A stretch of DNA of 64,000 bases from Tubiluchus corallicola (lineage: Eukaryota > Animalia > Priapulida). This document shows, piece after piece, positions 14,931 through 27,800 of the stretch. Numbering within the stretch: the first letter of the stretch is position 1; each line of letters opens with the position of its first letter. Below the pieces are notes generated by a model. The model searched no databases, was not told the DNA's origin, and was given only the letters and a program-made list of their open reading frames with translations. The DNA lies in NCBI GenBank assembly GCA_030141605.1, contig JAQGDQ010000197.1, positions 62,001 through 126,000 on the forward strand, given 5' to 3'. A program made the position numbers and the translations under genes.

Positions 14931-17900
14931 AACTTTTCAGACAGAAATTTACTGTCTACTAGAGGTCCAACTTATAAATAATTAGCAGATTGCAGTTCTT
15001 TACAGAACTATGCAATTTAACATGCATTTACATGAATTAAAAAAGTAGTTAAAAGAGAAGTGTAAAATAAGCAAATTCACAACTAAATGATGAATCATTA
15101 AATTTTACAAGACATTTCTCTTGATATTTTGTAATATTTTCTAGTCACCAGGTTATTAAATACTGCAAAGGTGAGTATAACATGTGGCATCTGCACAAGT
15201 AAAATCCACCTGACCTCAACATTTTTTCCTTTATAGCTAGTAAACCTGCTAGTTCGTTCTTAGCACTCTTTAAATTCCTGTGTTTTCAAAGTCTTAATTA
15301 TTAAAAAGAGCTGTTCCAACAATTCCTTTTTTAACTTTGTAGGTGCATTCTACTATGTGCTGTAATTTTGCAGGATAATTTTACATAGTGGCTGAAGCTG
15401 ATATAAGGTATTATTTTAATCAGCCCAAAATATTGCAAAACAAAAACATCTGAATATCTGAGGTGTACCTGATAAAATAAAAATGAAATTGGCACCATTC
15501 CAAAATTTGAGCAATTTTCCTCTATCTCCTGTCCTTTCTGAGCTAACCATGACCTCAGCACCATCTGCAGTCAATAATATAAATTAAAACACGTGTACTC
15601 CATCAACAAGTGAATAATTGTCTCATAGCTTGTTTTATAAACATCATATGGCAAGAATTATGCAAGTCTGTAAGTTATATTTGTCATTCTACCAGAATAA
15701 AAAATGTTTTTTGTTTCTGTTAAAAAACAAACCTTGAAAATCTGAACAAATAACTAAAGCTATGCTACCAAATTCACACTTACCTACAAACAATATCTAT
15801 CATAATTTCCTTATGTCATAACTAAAGATGGTAGCACAAATACATATTTCTTGCTGATCTAATTTATATTTCACATTACTAGAAGAACTGTACAAAATTC
15901 TAACTGCACTAGTACGCTTACACTACTACAAGCTTGTTTTGAGCTTTGATGTCAAAATCCACTTCCTGTATATTTCCCCCCTCTATGACCCACATTACAG
16001 TTAAACTGAGAAAATCTATGAGTTGTTTGGTCACTATTTGATTTGCTTTCATCTTACAGTACAAATTTGATCATGTTAGTGCTATGGGTATAGAAGTACT
16101 CAAATAAAAACAACCAGTTATTCACTCTATCAGTCTTACTCAGGTACTGAAGATTAATAAATTTCAGCATTTGTGAGTCATTTTTTTATTATTATAAATC
16201 TTTTATTTACAGGTACATTTGCAGGTACAAAATTTGTGAGTAGTTATAACTGGCAGTCGCTGTCTTTTTATGACAGCATTTGTAATTTAGTATAGAGCTT
16301 GCAACAATAAATAATAGCAGCATTTCATTCAACATATTCTTGAGAAACAACTTAATCTCCAATCTCAGTCTTAAAATACTGGTGGTTAAAACATTTCCTA
16401 AACACTTACGAATCACTGACCGTCAGAATGAAAGCTATCTTGTAATGTATGTTATTTTTACTCACCACTTGTAAAGCACAAATGCCTTGGCAGCTTCACA
16501 CGAATGCAGCACTAACATAGTGAAGCAAGCCAGCAAGGTGCATCACCTAGGCTTCAGGAATTGCTGGCACCAGATGTTAGACATGGTATTTATTAACATG
16601 GTTTAAACCTTGGAAGCCATAAATCTGTAATAGCAAATAAATAATTTATGTTGATGGGTGTAAAACTTTGTAAACGAAATGGAGGAAGGCGCAATCTATA
16701 AGTAAAGACAGATAGACTACCTCTACAACATCTTTAAATAATCCACTATAGCCTGTCATTATTAATATGATATTATTTATCTTGAAATCAAAGGCGGGTG
16801 AGGCTGGCCAGTTTAATTGGCATTTCTATTTACCCGCAAATGTCTCTGTCTGCTCATCCATCTATAGAGTAGAAAATGACTAAGCGAATTAATGTGACCA
16901 AACTGAATACTTAACAATATTCACCTTAAACTTCACTGTGAAAGGTCACAAGTCAGAAGTCAGTAGGCATCTGTACACCTGTCAAATGAATGACTTGTTA
17001 CTGACCAAAATCGTTTCTAGAAAATGACTGATGCTAACACAACTTAGCACTTCACAGTGTTCATCTTTAGATGATCCTCTGCATGTGATATGAATATGGA
17101 TATAAAAGGTTAGGTTAGAGGTCATGGTCACCACACATCTATTTGTCCACATGTCCATATATCAAAAAAATGACTCAGCTATGCCCAGAATTATATGTAG
17201 AACACGGACGACTAATGCTAACGTCACCAGACTAGGTAAAGTTGCTTAAAGTGATAAAAAATCAAAAGCAAGCCCAAAAACCAATGCACAGTTAGGAATA
17301 GATTTCTAACATCACCAAATATGGTGAGCATGTTTATGTTACGCACATAAAATAGAACGACAGTTCAATAAGCACAAGTAAAGTTAAAATTACAGCTAAA
17401 ATAAAGTAACTGTACTACAATAGTGAATGCCGTGGACACACAGGACCATGGCACGTCAAAGTGTAGGTTTCTTTGGATGCTTTTTGTTTGGTTCTCAGTT
17501 TAAGATATTTTGAGTATAAGTAGACTATTCTATCTAATAATAATATGAAGAATTTATATTTAATACTATTTATAATGCACACATTTACATATTTATATGA
17601 TCAATAAACATACGCGTATGTAAGCGCATTGCACACATATATTTACTATGTTTATTTGCACATATAATTTACATGCACAATTAAGTCAATGGAAGAATAA
17701 GATCATAATATGTAACAATAACAAGATATAAGTAATATTTACATTCAGTTAGTTCAAATGGTTAGTAACATTGATATTATTTCTATGTTTGTAAAGCGAA
17801 TGAGAAATTCATTACGAGCAGTGCAATATAATATATAAGAAACAATGTCAGGATCACTATAATGTTAATTTTCACAAATTATTTCACTAGTGAAAATATA

Positions 17901-18599
17901 ATTTTTACCAAGGGTAGTAATACTCGACTACTGACTTAGAATGGATATAGTACGAAATAGGCTGATTTCAGAATTATTAATCTTTCTATACAAAGTTTGC
18001 GACCGTCTGACTGCTAAGTTAACAAAAGGTTTAATTTCAGCAATGCAATGCATCATGCTAACGTGAGAATTTTTCGGAAGCGACAAGACACGACATGAAG
18101 CTTTTCTAAATTCAATGTTTAAAATTTATTAATACATTTGTCAGATAAGTCAAAAGTCGAGCAAATATAAAATGAGCAACATAATGAGGGCAGAGCTGCA
18201 AAGTGTCACAATGAGTCTGACATGATGTGATCGCCACCGAAATTGAAAATCACGACAGCAAAATAACGTAGAAAGTTTTGCCGTTATTCAATTTATCTTG
18301 TTATGTTTGTCGAAATGAAATTTACTCGCATTTGCCTGCTAAATGCTGGTTCTTGACAAGCTTTATATTTTGCATGGCTGCTCTATTATGCAAATGTAGT
18401 AGTGTTTATTGAGAATACAACATAAAGAGAAAAAAACATTGATCCAGTACATAGGATGGAACGGCTCAAACGTAGTAGGAATGACAATACCAAAAAAAAA
18501 CATTACTAACAAAAGCACAATAATAACACATAAAAAACAATAATAGTAAGAATATATTTTGTAGGCTGCGAATTCAAATTAGTTATTTGCTATCCTGTT

Positions 18600-19440
18600 T
18601 CTCTTCCCTTTTCATAATGATGTCGTATATAAAATTTATTACTAAGGCTCACATCTCTACTGCATTTAGGCCATTAATTAAAATTAACTGTTCACTTACA
18701 GGCATTTCTGTAACAGGAGGAAATATTTTTTAAAATATTTTCAAATACAACTTTTCTCTCATTTTGATAAGCAGGATACGTCAAACAAAGATACATTTCA
18801 TCTTTTACTTGATTCATCTCACATGTTTTACATATTATTTGGTGAGCAGGTATTTTTGGTTTATGATACCTCCCCCTCAATATCCACTTTGTGCGCACTG
18901 ATTCTAAATCTAGTGTATATAGTTATACATTTGCTTCGAATTGGATTATTACGCATAAGCAAATATTCTTCCAAACAATTTTAAAGAGCCTATAACTTCG
19001 AAGTTTGTTACCTCCCTCATCACTGTTGTTAGAAATCTTTTTCAAAAAATAGTCATTAAATCTATCCTGTAGCTTCTTATTAAGGAGTAAAGCAATCTGT
19101 GAGCACTTAATGTACCTTTATTAATCCAAGTATGTTCAAACCCAAGTTTATACAAAATGTTCCTAATGAACGAGACCCAATTATGCATGTTTTTGTTACT
19201 TTTTTGTTTACAGTCTAAATATACATTGTAAGCTAAACGATTGCAGGGTGTTTCCTGTACATGTAGCCAATAGTTTACAACTAAATTTACAATAAAGACA
19301 AAAGTTGGGTATATACCCATTTCTGCTCTAATAGCTAAGTTACTAGCTTTTGAATGTACATGTAACATCTGTTCACAAAATTTTAACTGAACAAGTTCGC
19401 TTTTTTTATTAATAGCAAATATTAAATGCTCGCCCATACC
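18600..19440 (-). mobile_element. Decayed non-LTR retrotransposon 3' region
   Basis: VQLKFC..ML.V..KASNLAIRAEMG.YP, then RISAH...RGRY and a C..C..DE.....P zinc-finger-like tail spread over frameshifted ORFs. Confidence 0.8.
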
Positions 19441-19734
19441 AGCTTGTAACTTGATACCCTACTAGCTATCAAATACAGCTGCAGCCAACAAAGTGTGACT
19501 CATGATGAAACATGATGTGGTAATTTGGTTAGAAATGTGGTAAATTCATACTGATATAGTCGCTTGACAACAAAATAAAAAATAAAGTAAAATAAAATCA
19601 CTACCTATTCATAATGTAAAATAACAACCATTGGAAACAAGCATATATTTTTAAGGTCCTAGTAGCAGACATATGGTTCTTATTGACTGTCTACTAGATA
19701 CTAGGATGAGATCTCAGACCACCTTTGCCATATT

Positions 19735-19810
19735 GAATCAGTAGTTCAAGTGGTAGAGAATGTACCATGAAAGCAGAGATTGTGTGTTCAAATTCTGATT
19801 GACCCACAAT
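19735..19810 (+). mobile_element. Degenerate tRNA-like repeat
   Basis: GTAGTTCAAGTGGTAGAG A box and GTGTTCAAATTC B box at tRNA spacing. Confidence 0.45.
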
Positions 19811-20387
19811 AATTCAGCACCTCTATCTTCAATTAACTGTCGTTAAATTAATTGTTGCAAAATGAAAATAAATGCCAGCACCCACTTAAACAAAGACATG
19901 GCTATTTATTTCAACATAAAAATCTGCAATGTTTCAACCACGACATGGTCATGATCATGCAATTCTGTCTATAAACATATACAAAAACATGAAAAGTATG
20001 AAATATACAAATATATGAAAAGCATACAAAATGATTTCCAAATAGTAGACTTACAGGTCATGTAGTAAATTGCCAATGACATAAAAATAGAGTTATGTTA
20101 TTCCAACGCAATGCATTTTCTGAATGACTTTCTGCTGACAAGAGCAAAAATATTGATGACACTCCTCTTCAACACTGCTCAGATAAGTGATTGTTACAAT
20201 AACTACAATTTGTTCTTATCGTAACTGTAAGAATGTACATGGAGAGTAGGTCTACATTAAACATTTAGCTTAAATCATTACGGGGTGCAAAAAAGTACAC
20301 TGTAGAACACTTTAAAAAAGAAACTTTCTGCCTCACTAACTACAAGCAGATGTATATCAAAACGCTCTGGGCAGATAGTTCAATCCA

Positions 20388-20976
20388 GCCTTAATATCCT
20401 CAGTGAAGAATTATATTGTTGTTTGGTTGTCTGTCTGTGTATTCGTGTGGTTGTCTGTAGAAGTACTGGTGTAATCAGAGAAAAGTTTGCAACACCTCGG
20501 CAAGAATATATATTAGTCACTAGCTCTTAACCTATCTAATCGCATGGATGCCTGCCCATTGCAAATTTTCATGTTCCCGTATGATGGCACTTTTCCCAAG
20601 TTTCACATTCAACAAGTGCTCCATGTTTAAAGGGCTGGTGTAGGCAGAGAAAAGTTTGCAACACCTCAGTGAGAAAATATATTGGTCACTAGCTCATTAT
20701 CTATCTAATCGTATAGGTACCTGTCCATTGCAAACTTTCGTGTTCCCATATGCCGGCACTTTTCCCCAAGTTTCACATTCAAGAAATATTAAAATAAGTA
20801 TTAAACCAGAGAAACGTTTGGAATACCTCAAGTGAGAATAATAGTGACCAATGAATATTCCCACTGAGATGTTGCAAACTTTTCTCTGGTTACACCAGCA
20901 CTTGTACAGGCAACCACACGAATACACAGACAGACAACCAAACAACAATATAATTCATCACTGAGGATATTAAGCC
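20388..20976. repeat. Fold-back element with ~135-bp inverted arms and an internal ~169-bp tandem duplication
   Basis: 20388-20522 is the reverse complement of about 20841-20976; direct copies start at 20466 and 20635. Confidence 0.85.
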
Positions 20977-21539
20977 AATTTATTGGCTATATAAGACTTT
21001 CTTCAAAACACAATAATTTTAATCGTCTTCTGTTATTTTGATCTTAGTTCCTATTTATTTTTAAACCCTGTGTTTGAATTGGACAGCGTAAATAAACTAG
21101 AACTGAAGAAAATTGAGGTGTTAGGTCTCTTTTAATAAGGCGAATCTCGAATATCAAACCAATTTCACTACGTTTTCACGTTCAATATTGAATGTCGAAT
21201 ATTCAACCAACTTGAGACGGTCAGGGACTTTGTGTCTTTTAAATTTTGTTGTTTACTGCAATAAAATTTTTAATATGTAAAAGATGATACCCCAATGCAG
21301 CTTTATTTAAATTTACTTACACCAGCCACATTCTTTTTTCACACAAAATAATTATTGTCGTGGTTTAGTTATTTGTAAAACACCGCAGAATCAATATGGG
21401 AGATCTTATAATACGGTCCAACAACTAAGTTTAGCGCAGCAACAAAATTAATAATTGAGAATTCTCACGACTACTTTCTATGTTAAAAGTCTGGACTTCT
21501 TAACATTCTTCAAAGTCTCAATCCGTCTGTTAGAGACAT

Positions 21540-22230
21540 TGAGGCATTACCATTTATTAAAGCATTCCACTCACTCCAACCTGCAGCTAGCAGAATAAGT
21601 TATTCCACTCTTTAAGCTAGATTTGTTTGATAGTTGTTGAACTTATTTATTTTAATTCTTAGTTATCTAATTCGTTCTTGGTTTGCCAGGTGATATTTGC
21701 AAGGCTTTAAGGCTTTCTATGAGTTGTTAATCCAAGAAGGTGTTCTAACTGCCTTAATCTTCAGAGCTTGACCTTTGAACTGGAAAGAATTTCTTTAGAA
21801 TTGGTTTTAGTGAATAAATCTCCATTTTTGATTATGTATAAGCATGTTATCTTTAAAACTTTCCTTGGAAGATGTATATGAAACGTGTCAATCTGCTTTT
21901 CTTGAGTAATCGTTAAATCCCATGTTTCACTATTCTACATAAATATATATGATACGTAACATGTGCATTAAATAATCAAAATCTTGTGTTAAGACTTAAT
22001 TTCTTGCCAGTTAATACATTCTTGCATTGAAGAAAAGCATTTATTGCTTGCTGTTTTCCATTGCTAATACCATGTTCGGTGTTAAGAAGAGTGCCCACAT
22101 ATTTACACTTTTTCCACGGCTGATTACCATCTCTTGCAATACTATATTCTTCTGTTTTTGACTGGTTTATCTGAAGATTTCTCATTACGAGCGAATTACA
22201 ATACAAATAACAACAACAGCAACAGTAACA
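21540..22230 (-). mobile_element. Decayed LINE fragment
   Basis: NLQINQSKTEEY...CKYVGTLL...AINAF.....L....LSLNTR resembles the RT C-terminus and thumb. Confidence 0.6.
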
Positions 22231-23790
22231 GTAACAGTGATAACAACAACAACAACAACTGTACGATAATATTTGTTTAAAATCTTTAAAATCGGACCCT
22301 CTCCTAACCCACTGCCTCGTATACTCACGGCCTCTGCAAACGAAAAGCAGGCATATTTTACCTATCATAGACTATCGTACTATCTGGTCAAACAAATTGA
22401 TGAATGACTCAGCAAAAGAGGCTATTACTGGTTAGTCAAAATTTGGGTATATCATACGGGAACAGTTTTTAGTTCGACAGTTAGAGGTGAGTTAGCGTAG
22501 TTAGTGATGTCTGGTTCAAACATGTTTAACGTTACTTTCTTTGACAAAATCCCTAAGTAGATTCTAGTGGGGTATTTGTTTAGCTGCCGATGCATCAGTC
22601 TGAAACTGCATAGTAAGTTCTCCACAATGGCATATCATAGACACTTGTGCAATAAGTTTTAAATTATTGCATCCACCTTTAATACAAAATGAAAAGTTTC
22701 TAATAAGAATGCTTGCTTTAACAGCAAGAAGACAAATTTCAGTCTCGTAACATCATTATAATGCATCGACCAAATTTGTTATTATACCGTACATATTTGC
22801 CAGAAAATACAGTTTCCTTACAGAACCATTGCAATATCAGCAAAAGACGCCGATTTCATATTTTGCGGAGTAGTAGTTTATTTTACTCTATTAATATTAT
22901 CCATTTTAAATCGGTTCTCATGTTATTCTGCTGACCGTCGGCAAGCCTGCTGAAAATGGTTAAAATTAGTGCTATTTTTCCCAGTAAAACTTACAGACAA
23001 TTTTAAAACCAGCCTGGTGAGCAATTTTACTCGTGTATTAGCCATAAGGCTCACCTACCTTGAATGACGAGAACACTACAATAACTGACTGTTTAAATGA
23101 AGTAGATACCTAAAACTAAGCATAATACAAAATTATAGCTCTGCGATTAAGTAAGTCAAATTTTGCAGCTATGCTTTTTAATGACGTGAGCCTACTAGTT
23201 TCTCTCGCCGGACCCTATACTCTAACAATTTAACTCAGTGCTCTTTCGCACGTGCTAAAATTGAGATAATCATTCTCTTTTGTATTTTTAATCTTAATGT
23301 GTTTTTAACTATCCTTGTGAATATTGCATTACAAATTTGTATTATATTTACTCATTTGTATTATATCAACTCAATTTTGTTTTCTTATAGTAATAATTTT
23401 AGACTGATTTGTGATTTTGTACACTTGTAATTTTTCGTCCGTTTACTAACATTGCTTAATTTTGTATTTTATGAGCTCAGAGTCTGAAATAAAAAAGTAA
23501 GTAAATAAATAAAATACATACGTGTTGTGTGAAATTTTCAGCAAACAGTGCCAAACAGTAATTGCTGAAAATATTGTCAGGTCTTAAGTTTAATTTTTGT
23601 TATTTTGACAAAGGTTCTTGTGTTTAATGTTATTATCCGTATTTTCGCTGCAATGCCCTAAAATATCACAAAGATCGTAGTTATCATGTACGTAATTACA
23701 TGCACTAATTACATTCTACCAGTAACCTACAGTAGATTGAGCACCCAAGCAGAAATGAGACAATTTTATGATTCAACATATTATTTAAGG

Positions 23791-24139
23791 AGAGCAGACA
23801 ATCGTTTCGGTGCAAGTGTCATCATCAATGCTAGAACTTAAACCAAAAGACATAATCGGTAGGCTACATTTATGACGTGTACTAAGGCACAAAAATCATT
23901 ACAAAATGAAACGAGTGAAATTTAAGTTACCAGAATACAAGTATAAATGCCTTACGCTTTTTATAGAACCGCTTTATAAGGAATTTCTACTTGTTTTCGG
24001 ATAACTAAAACTTCACTCTCGATTTTGCAATAATTTTTGCGCCGTAGTAATTGCAGTGCCATAAATGCACGGATTATTTCTTTTGGCTTAATTTCTAGCA
24101 CTCATAATGACACTTGTGTCGAAACGATCGTCTGCACTC
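23791..24139. repeat. ~350-bp palindrome (~165-bp arms) with a degenerate minimal hammerhead ribozyme motif at each end
   Basis: Arms are reverse complements; the + end reads GCA-CTCATAA-TGACACTTGTGTC-GAAAC-GATC-GTC-TGC and the - end reads GCA-TTGATGA-TGACACTTGCACC-GAAAC-GATT-GTC-TGC. Confidence 0.75.
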
Positions 24140-24870
24140 AGTAAACGGCATTTTAATTAGAATCTAGCTGGCTCTTTTATATACTTTCACGATACATGCA
24201 TTAACCACGTGCCGGTTTTTCTGAAGCGAGAAATGTGCTCACCTTTGAATTTTCTGTTTCAATGTTACGGCAATTCCGTGAAATCTATAAATTATCATTA
24301 TATCTTCAAGTTGTACACGTAGTTTAGCAATTATTTCCTTTGTAAGCCTACTCAGTGAAGAAAAGTTTGTGGTCTAAAATGTAGATTTGACTACGCGATA
24401 AAAATATTTAATGCAATGCGGTCGACCGATACAATAAAAATTGTGTCACAAAGCAGCGTATGGCCTAGAGGTCTTTTTCATTCAACCTGAACCAATCAGT
24501 GCTAACCTAATTGCCCACTGCCTCTTCTGCAGTCTATATTCTACACAGTATAACAGAACAATGCTTGGCGAGTTATAACAAAAAACCTGGACAATATCAA
24601 AGGCTTTGTTTGGGACTACATCTCTACAAGAAAATCATCGCTCATCTTGAGAGAATGGAAACAAAAATTGATATAAACGGATGAGAAATGATTCGAAGAC
24701 GATTGCGCGTAAACAAAACAGAAACTGTCAGAGCCGTGTCAACAAAGTTAAAAAACCATGAACAGGCTTAGCTAATGAGCAATTAACTTCAAGGTTGCAG
24801 GAAAGTATGATGCGACGATCGTAATGTTTTGAAAACGTCACCGGAGTTGATGTAAGATGCTAATAGCAAT

Positions 24871-27800
24871 ATGTATTTGAAGAAATTTCGTGTTTTAATC
24901 CTATTATCCTTTGCGGGAGCGTCTACGTTATTACTAGCGAAAGTTTGGACAGGCGGAAACGGGCGTCATGAGGATGTAAACGGGTATCTCTTTTTAATGT
25001 TTTATGTCTGTTAGTTCAGAATGAAGCATTTGTCTGTAATATGCATGATTGATGAACGTTTCTAATCTCTATAGCTATGAAGAAATCACAGAAGACAGTC
25101 ATAAGCGTCACGTGATTTCTTGTAAAATGACGGAACTCAATCTAAAAAATGATCCAAGGTAAAGTGGTATTATGAATACTGGTTACAGCTTTTAATATTT
25201 ACGTGACGCACCCCAACTTTTTTTTAAGTATTTGCGTAATTTCATGTATTTTATTTATTTATCCATTTATTTATTTACTTCACATTGTTGTATTAATTAA
25301 CTTTGTAACACTTTTCTGTTTACGTTTATTTTTTGTAGACAGCTTTCCTGAGACTTGTCACCTTTAACATAAAAGGACATTCCATTTTACATGTTTATTT
25401 TTGAATAACTTATATAAAGCTGCAGCAACTAAATGTATAAGTGCAAAAACGACAAAAAATACATTTACTACGTTGCCATCATTATAAATAACACACTAAT
25501 AGTCAAGAATAATCGTACTATACTTATTATTAATTAGAACATCTAACTGACACAGCGTACGTTGTTCTGTTAGAGCATTCAACTTTAATCAGAAATACGA
25601 GAGAGAAGCTCGCCAAGCGGTAGATGTAAAACGAGTGTTAGAAGTGCCAGTGACTGGAAGAAGGAACAGGTTACTAGAATACTACGACAATATGCGCTCA
25701 AGGTAGTGTTCAATATTTAATTTCAAAATAACATTTTGCCTTGCCTATACGTGTTTACTGCCTCTAGTAACTAGACCGAAAAGAGATCTTTTGTTAACAT
25801 TACTGCCTCTTAATTGATCCTACATTATAAATCAGCGATTTTACTAAGCTTTTATTTTGACGTTGACCAAAATTTATTTTTTCAAAAGGCGCATTTCAAA
25901 AGAGCAAAAGCTACCATGCCATGTTTACTCGTTTACGTAGCTCTGCTATTGTAGTAATGTCTGCCGTACATAATTGACCCATTAGTTACCCATCTACTGC
26001 TTAAATTATAATTGCAAGGATAGGTGACAACTGGAAATGTAACATTACGCATTTGTTTTTTAAGTATAGATATACAATGTAATTATACCTACACAGCTTT
26101 TAACCAATGCCAAAAAGTGACTCTCAATCAAAGTAACAGGCAACTGTTATAGAAATTAAGAAAAAATAATATACAGTACACAAGAAGTGAAAATAGCACA
26201 AGAAATCACGAGATACACTCGCGGGAATGTCACTGCATAATACAATAAGTCAAATAAACAGTAAAATCAAGTGCAGAACACAACGCAATATCAACCTTAT
26301 AAAAATTAAAGAAGTTATGCACGCAAGGGAAAGGACTTGGTTAATTGGTAGTAACTATAAGCTTGGGATGAATTATTGTAGGCTTATTGAGACTCAAACA
26401 CGGAAATTGGCTGCAATTAATGCAATTTGATAGTTTTAATGCGGACAGCAGCACTAATTAGATTTTAATATTATATTTTCAGTTACCAACTAAGTCAGCT
26501 AAGCACAGGCAACAGGAAGAAAATTTTATTATGGACGCCATTTTTTGGCGATGCTGCTTACAGGTTTGGATTAGGATATGGGCCGTTTCAAACACAATGT
26601 CCAGTTAGCAACTGTGAAACAACAAATCGCCGTGAAGACCTGAATATAAGTAAGTAGATACTACTTATAGTACAAACGAAGGACTAAAGTATTTCATTAA
26701 TACGTATACGCTGTGTGCCATACTTCAAACACATCTCCATCTATACAAAAAAGACATTAAAACAATTTTAGAAAACCTTAAAGGATATTAAATATTCCTA
26801 CGTACGCAAACATCTTTACATTATTTTACTGCGCGCTATACGGAGTGCGCACGCTGTAGAATTGCCAAACCAAACAATTTTTATAACCACTTTTTAGCAG
26901 AATTGTCAAGGCAGGCCTGTCCTCATTTCTGATGGTGGGTCATCAATCATGCTACTGGCGATGTAGCAGATTGCGACATTGAGCGCTTATTGCTCACGGG
27001 TAACCATATATTACGCTTGCCAGAGTTGGAAGTTGAATAATTCGAAAATACATTTTATAGATACGCATGGAATATAGCTATCTCCATAAATAATTATGGA
27101 AACTGCCGTATTACATTTTGCCCCATATTGCTGGTACCGTTCAGCTGAGCAAACACTTTGCAAAACGGTTTCTTAAATTCTGTGTAACAAGTAAAAATAG
27201 TAGTAACTCGACAATTAATTTTACAGCCAAACATACGTTATATGACGTTAACTCAATAATTGGTTTCAACTTGTACAAAATTGCTATAGAAAATGATGTT
27301 ACCCTCAAAGATGTATTTAGAAGTGTTTATCTATTATCTTGCACAATTGTGAAAGGAGTCGGTTTAACTTCCAGGCAGCTATAGCAACAATAAGCTTAGC
27401 AAAAGGTTGTATAAGTTGTACTGAAAATAGAAATTTTGTTTTTTTATGAAAACATCAACTGAAAGAAATGTTAGAATATGTGATGTCTTTTTAAATTACT
27501 TGTTTTGCTTCTTGTACGTAAATAATATTCGTCCTTGTTTTTTTTGTTGTCAGTGTTTAATATTTTTCTTTTGCTACTAGTCTATCAATTTCGTTTAATT
27601 GAACCACTTATATAACTTAACTGTACATGTGTGTTCGAAAATAAATGATGTTAATAATAAACTCTACATAAACTGTCAGGGGTACATGCCATAATTATAG
27701 GTGATGGGTAACAACTGTTGGCGATGCTAAGATAATGGGTGAGAACTTTTTGGCGATGGCTGAAATGACCTGCTTTGATGCTTTCATTGTACACGAGAAT

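Noticed and set aside
19500-19556. C/D box snoRNA-like ATGATGA...CTGA
   Set aside because: No terminal stem or recognisable rRNA guide; such motifs are expected by chance in AT-rich DNA
25021-25074. Apparent frameshifted N-terminus of the fucosyltransferase (MKHLSVICMI..)
   Set aside because: Resolved as intron sequence: exon 24871-24983 splices in phase to the acceptor before 25075 and supplies the membrane anchor
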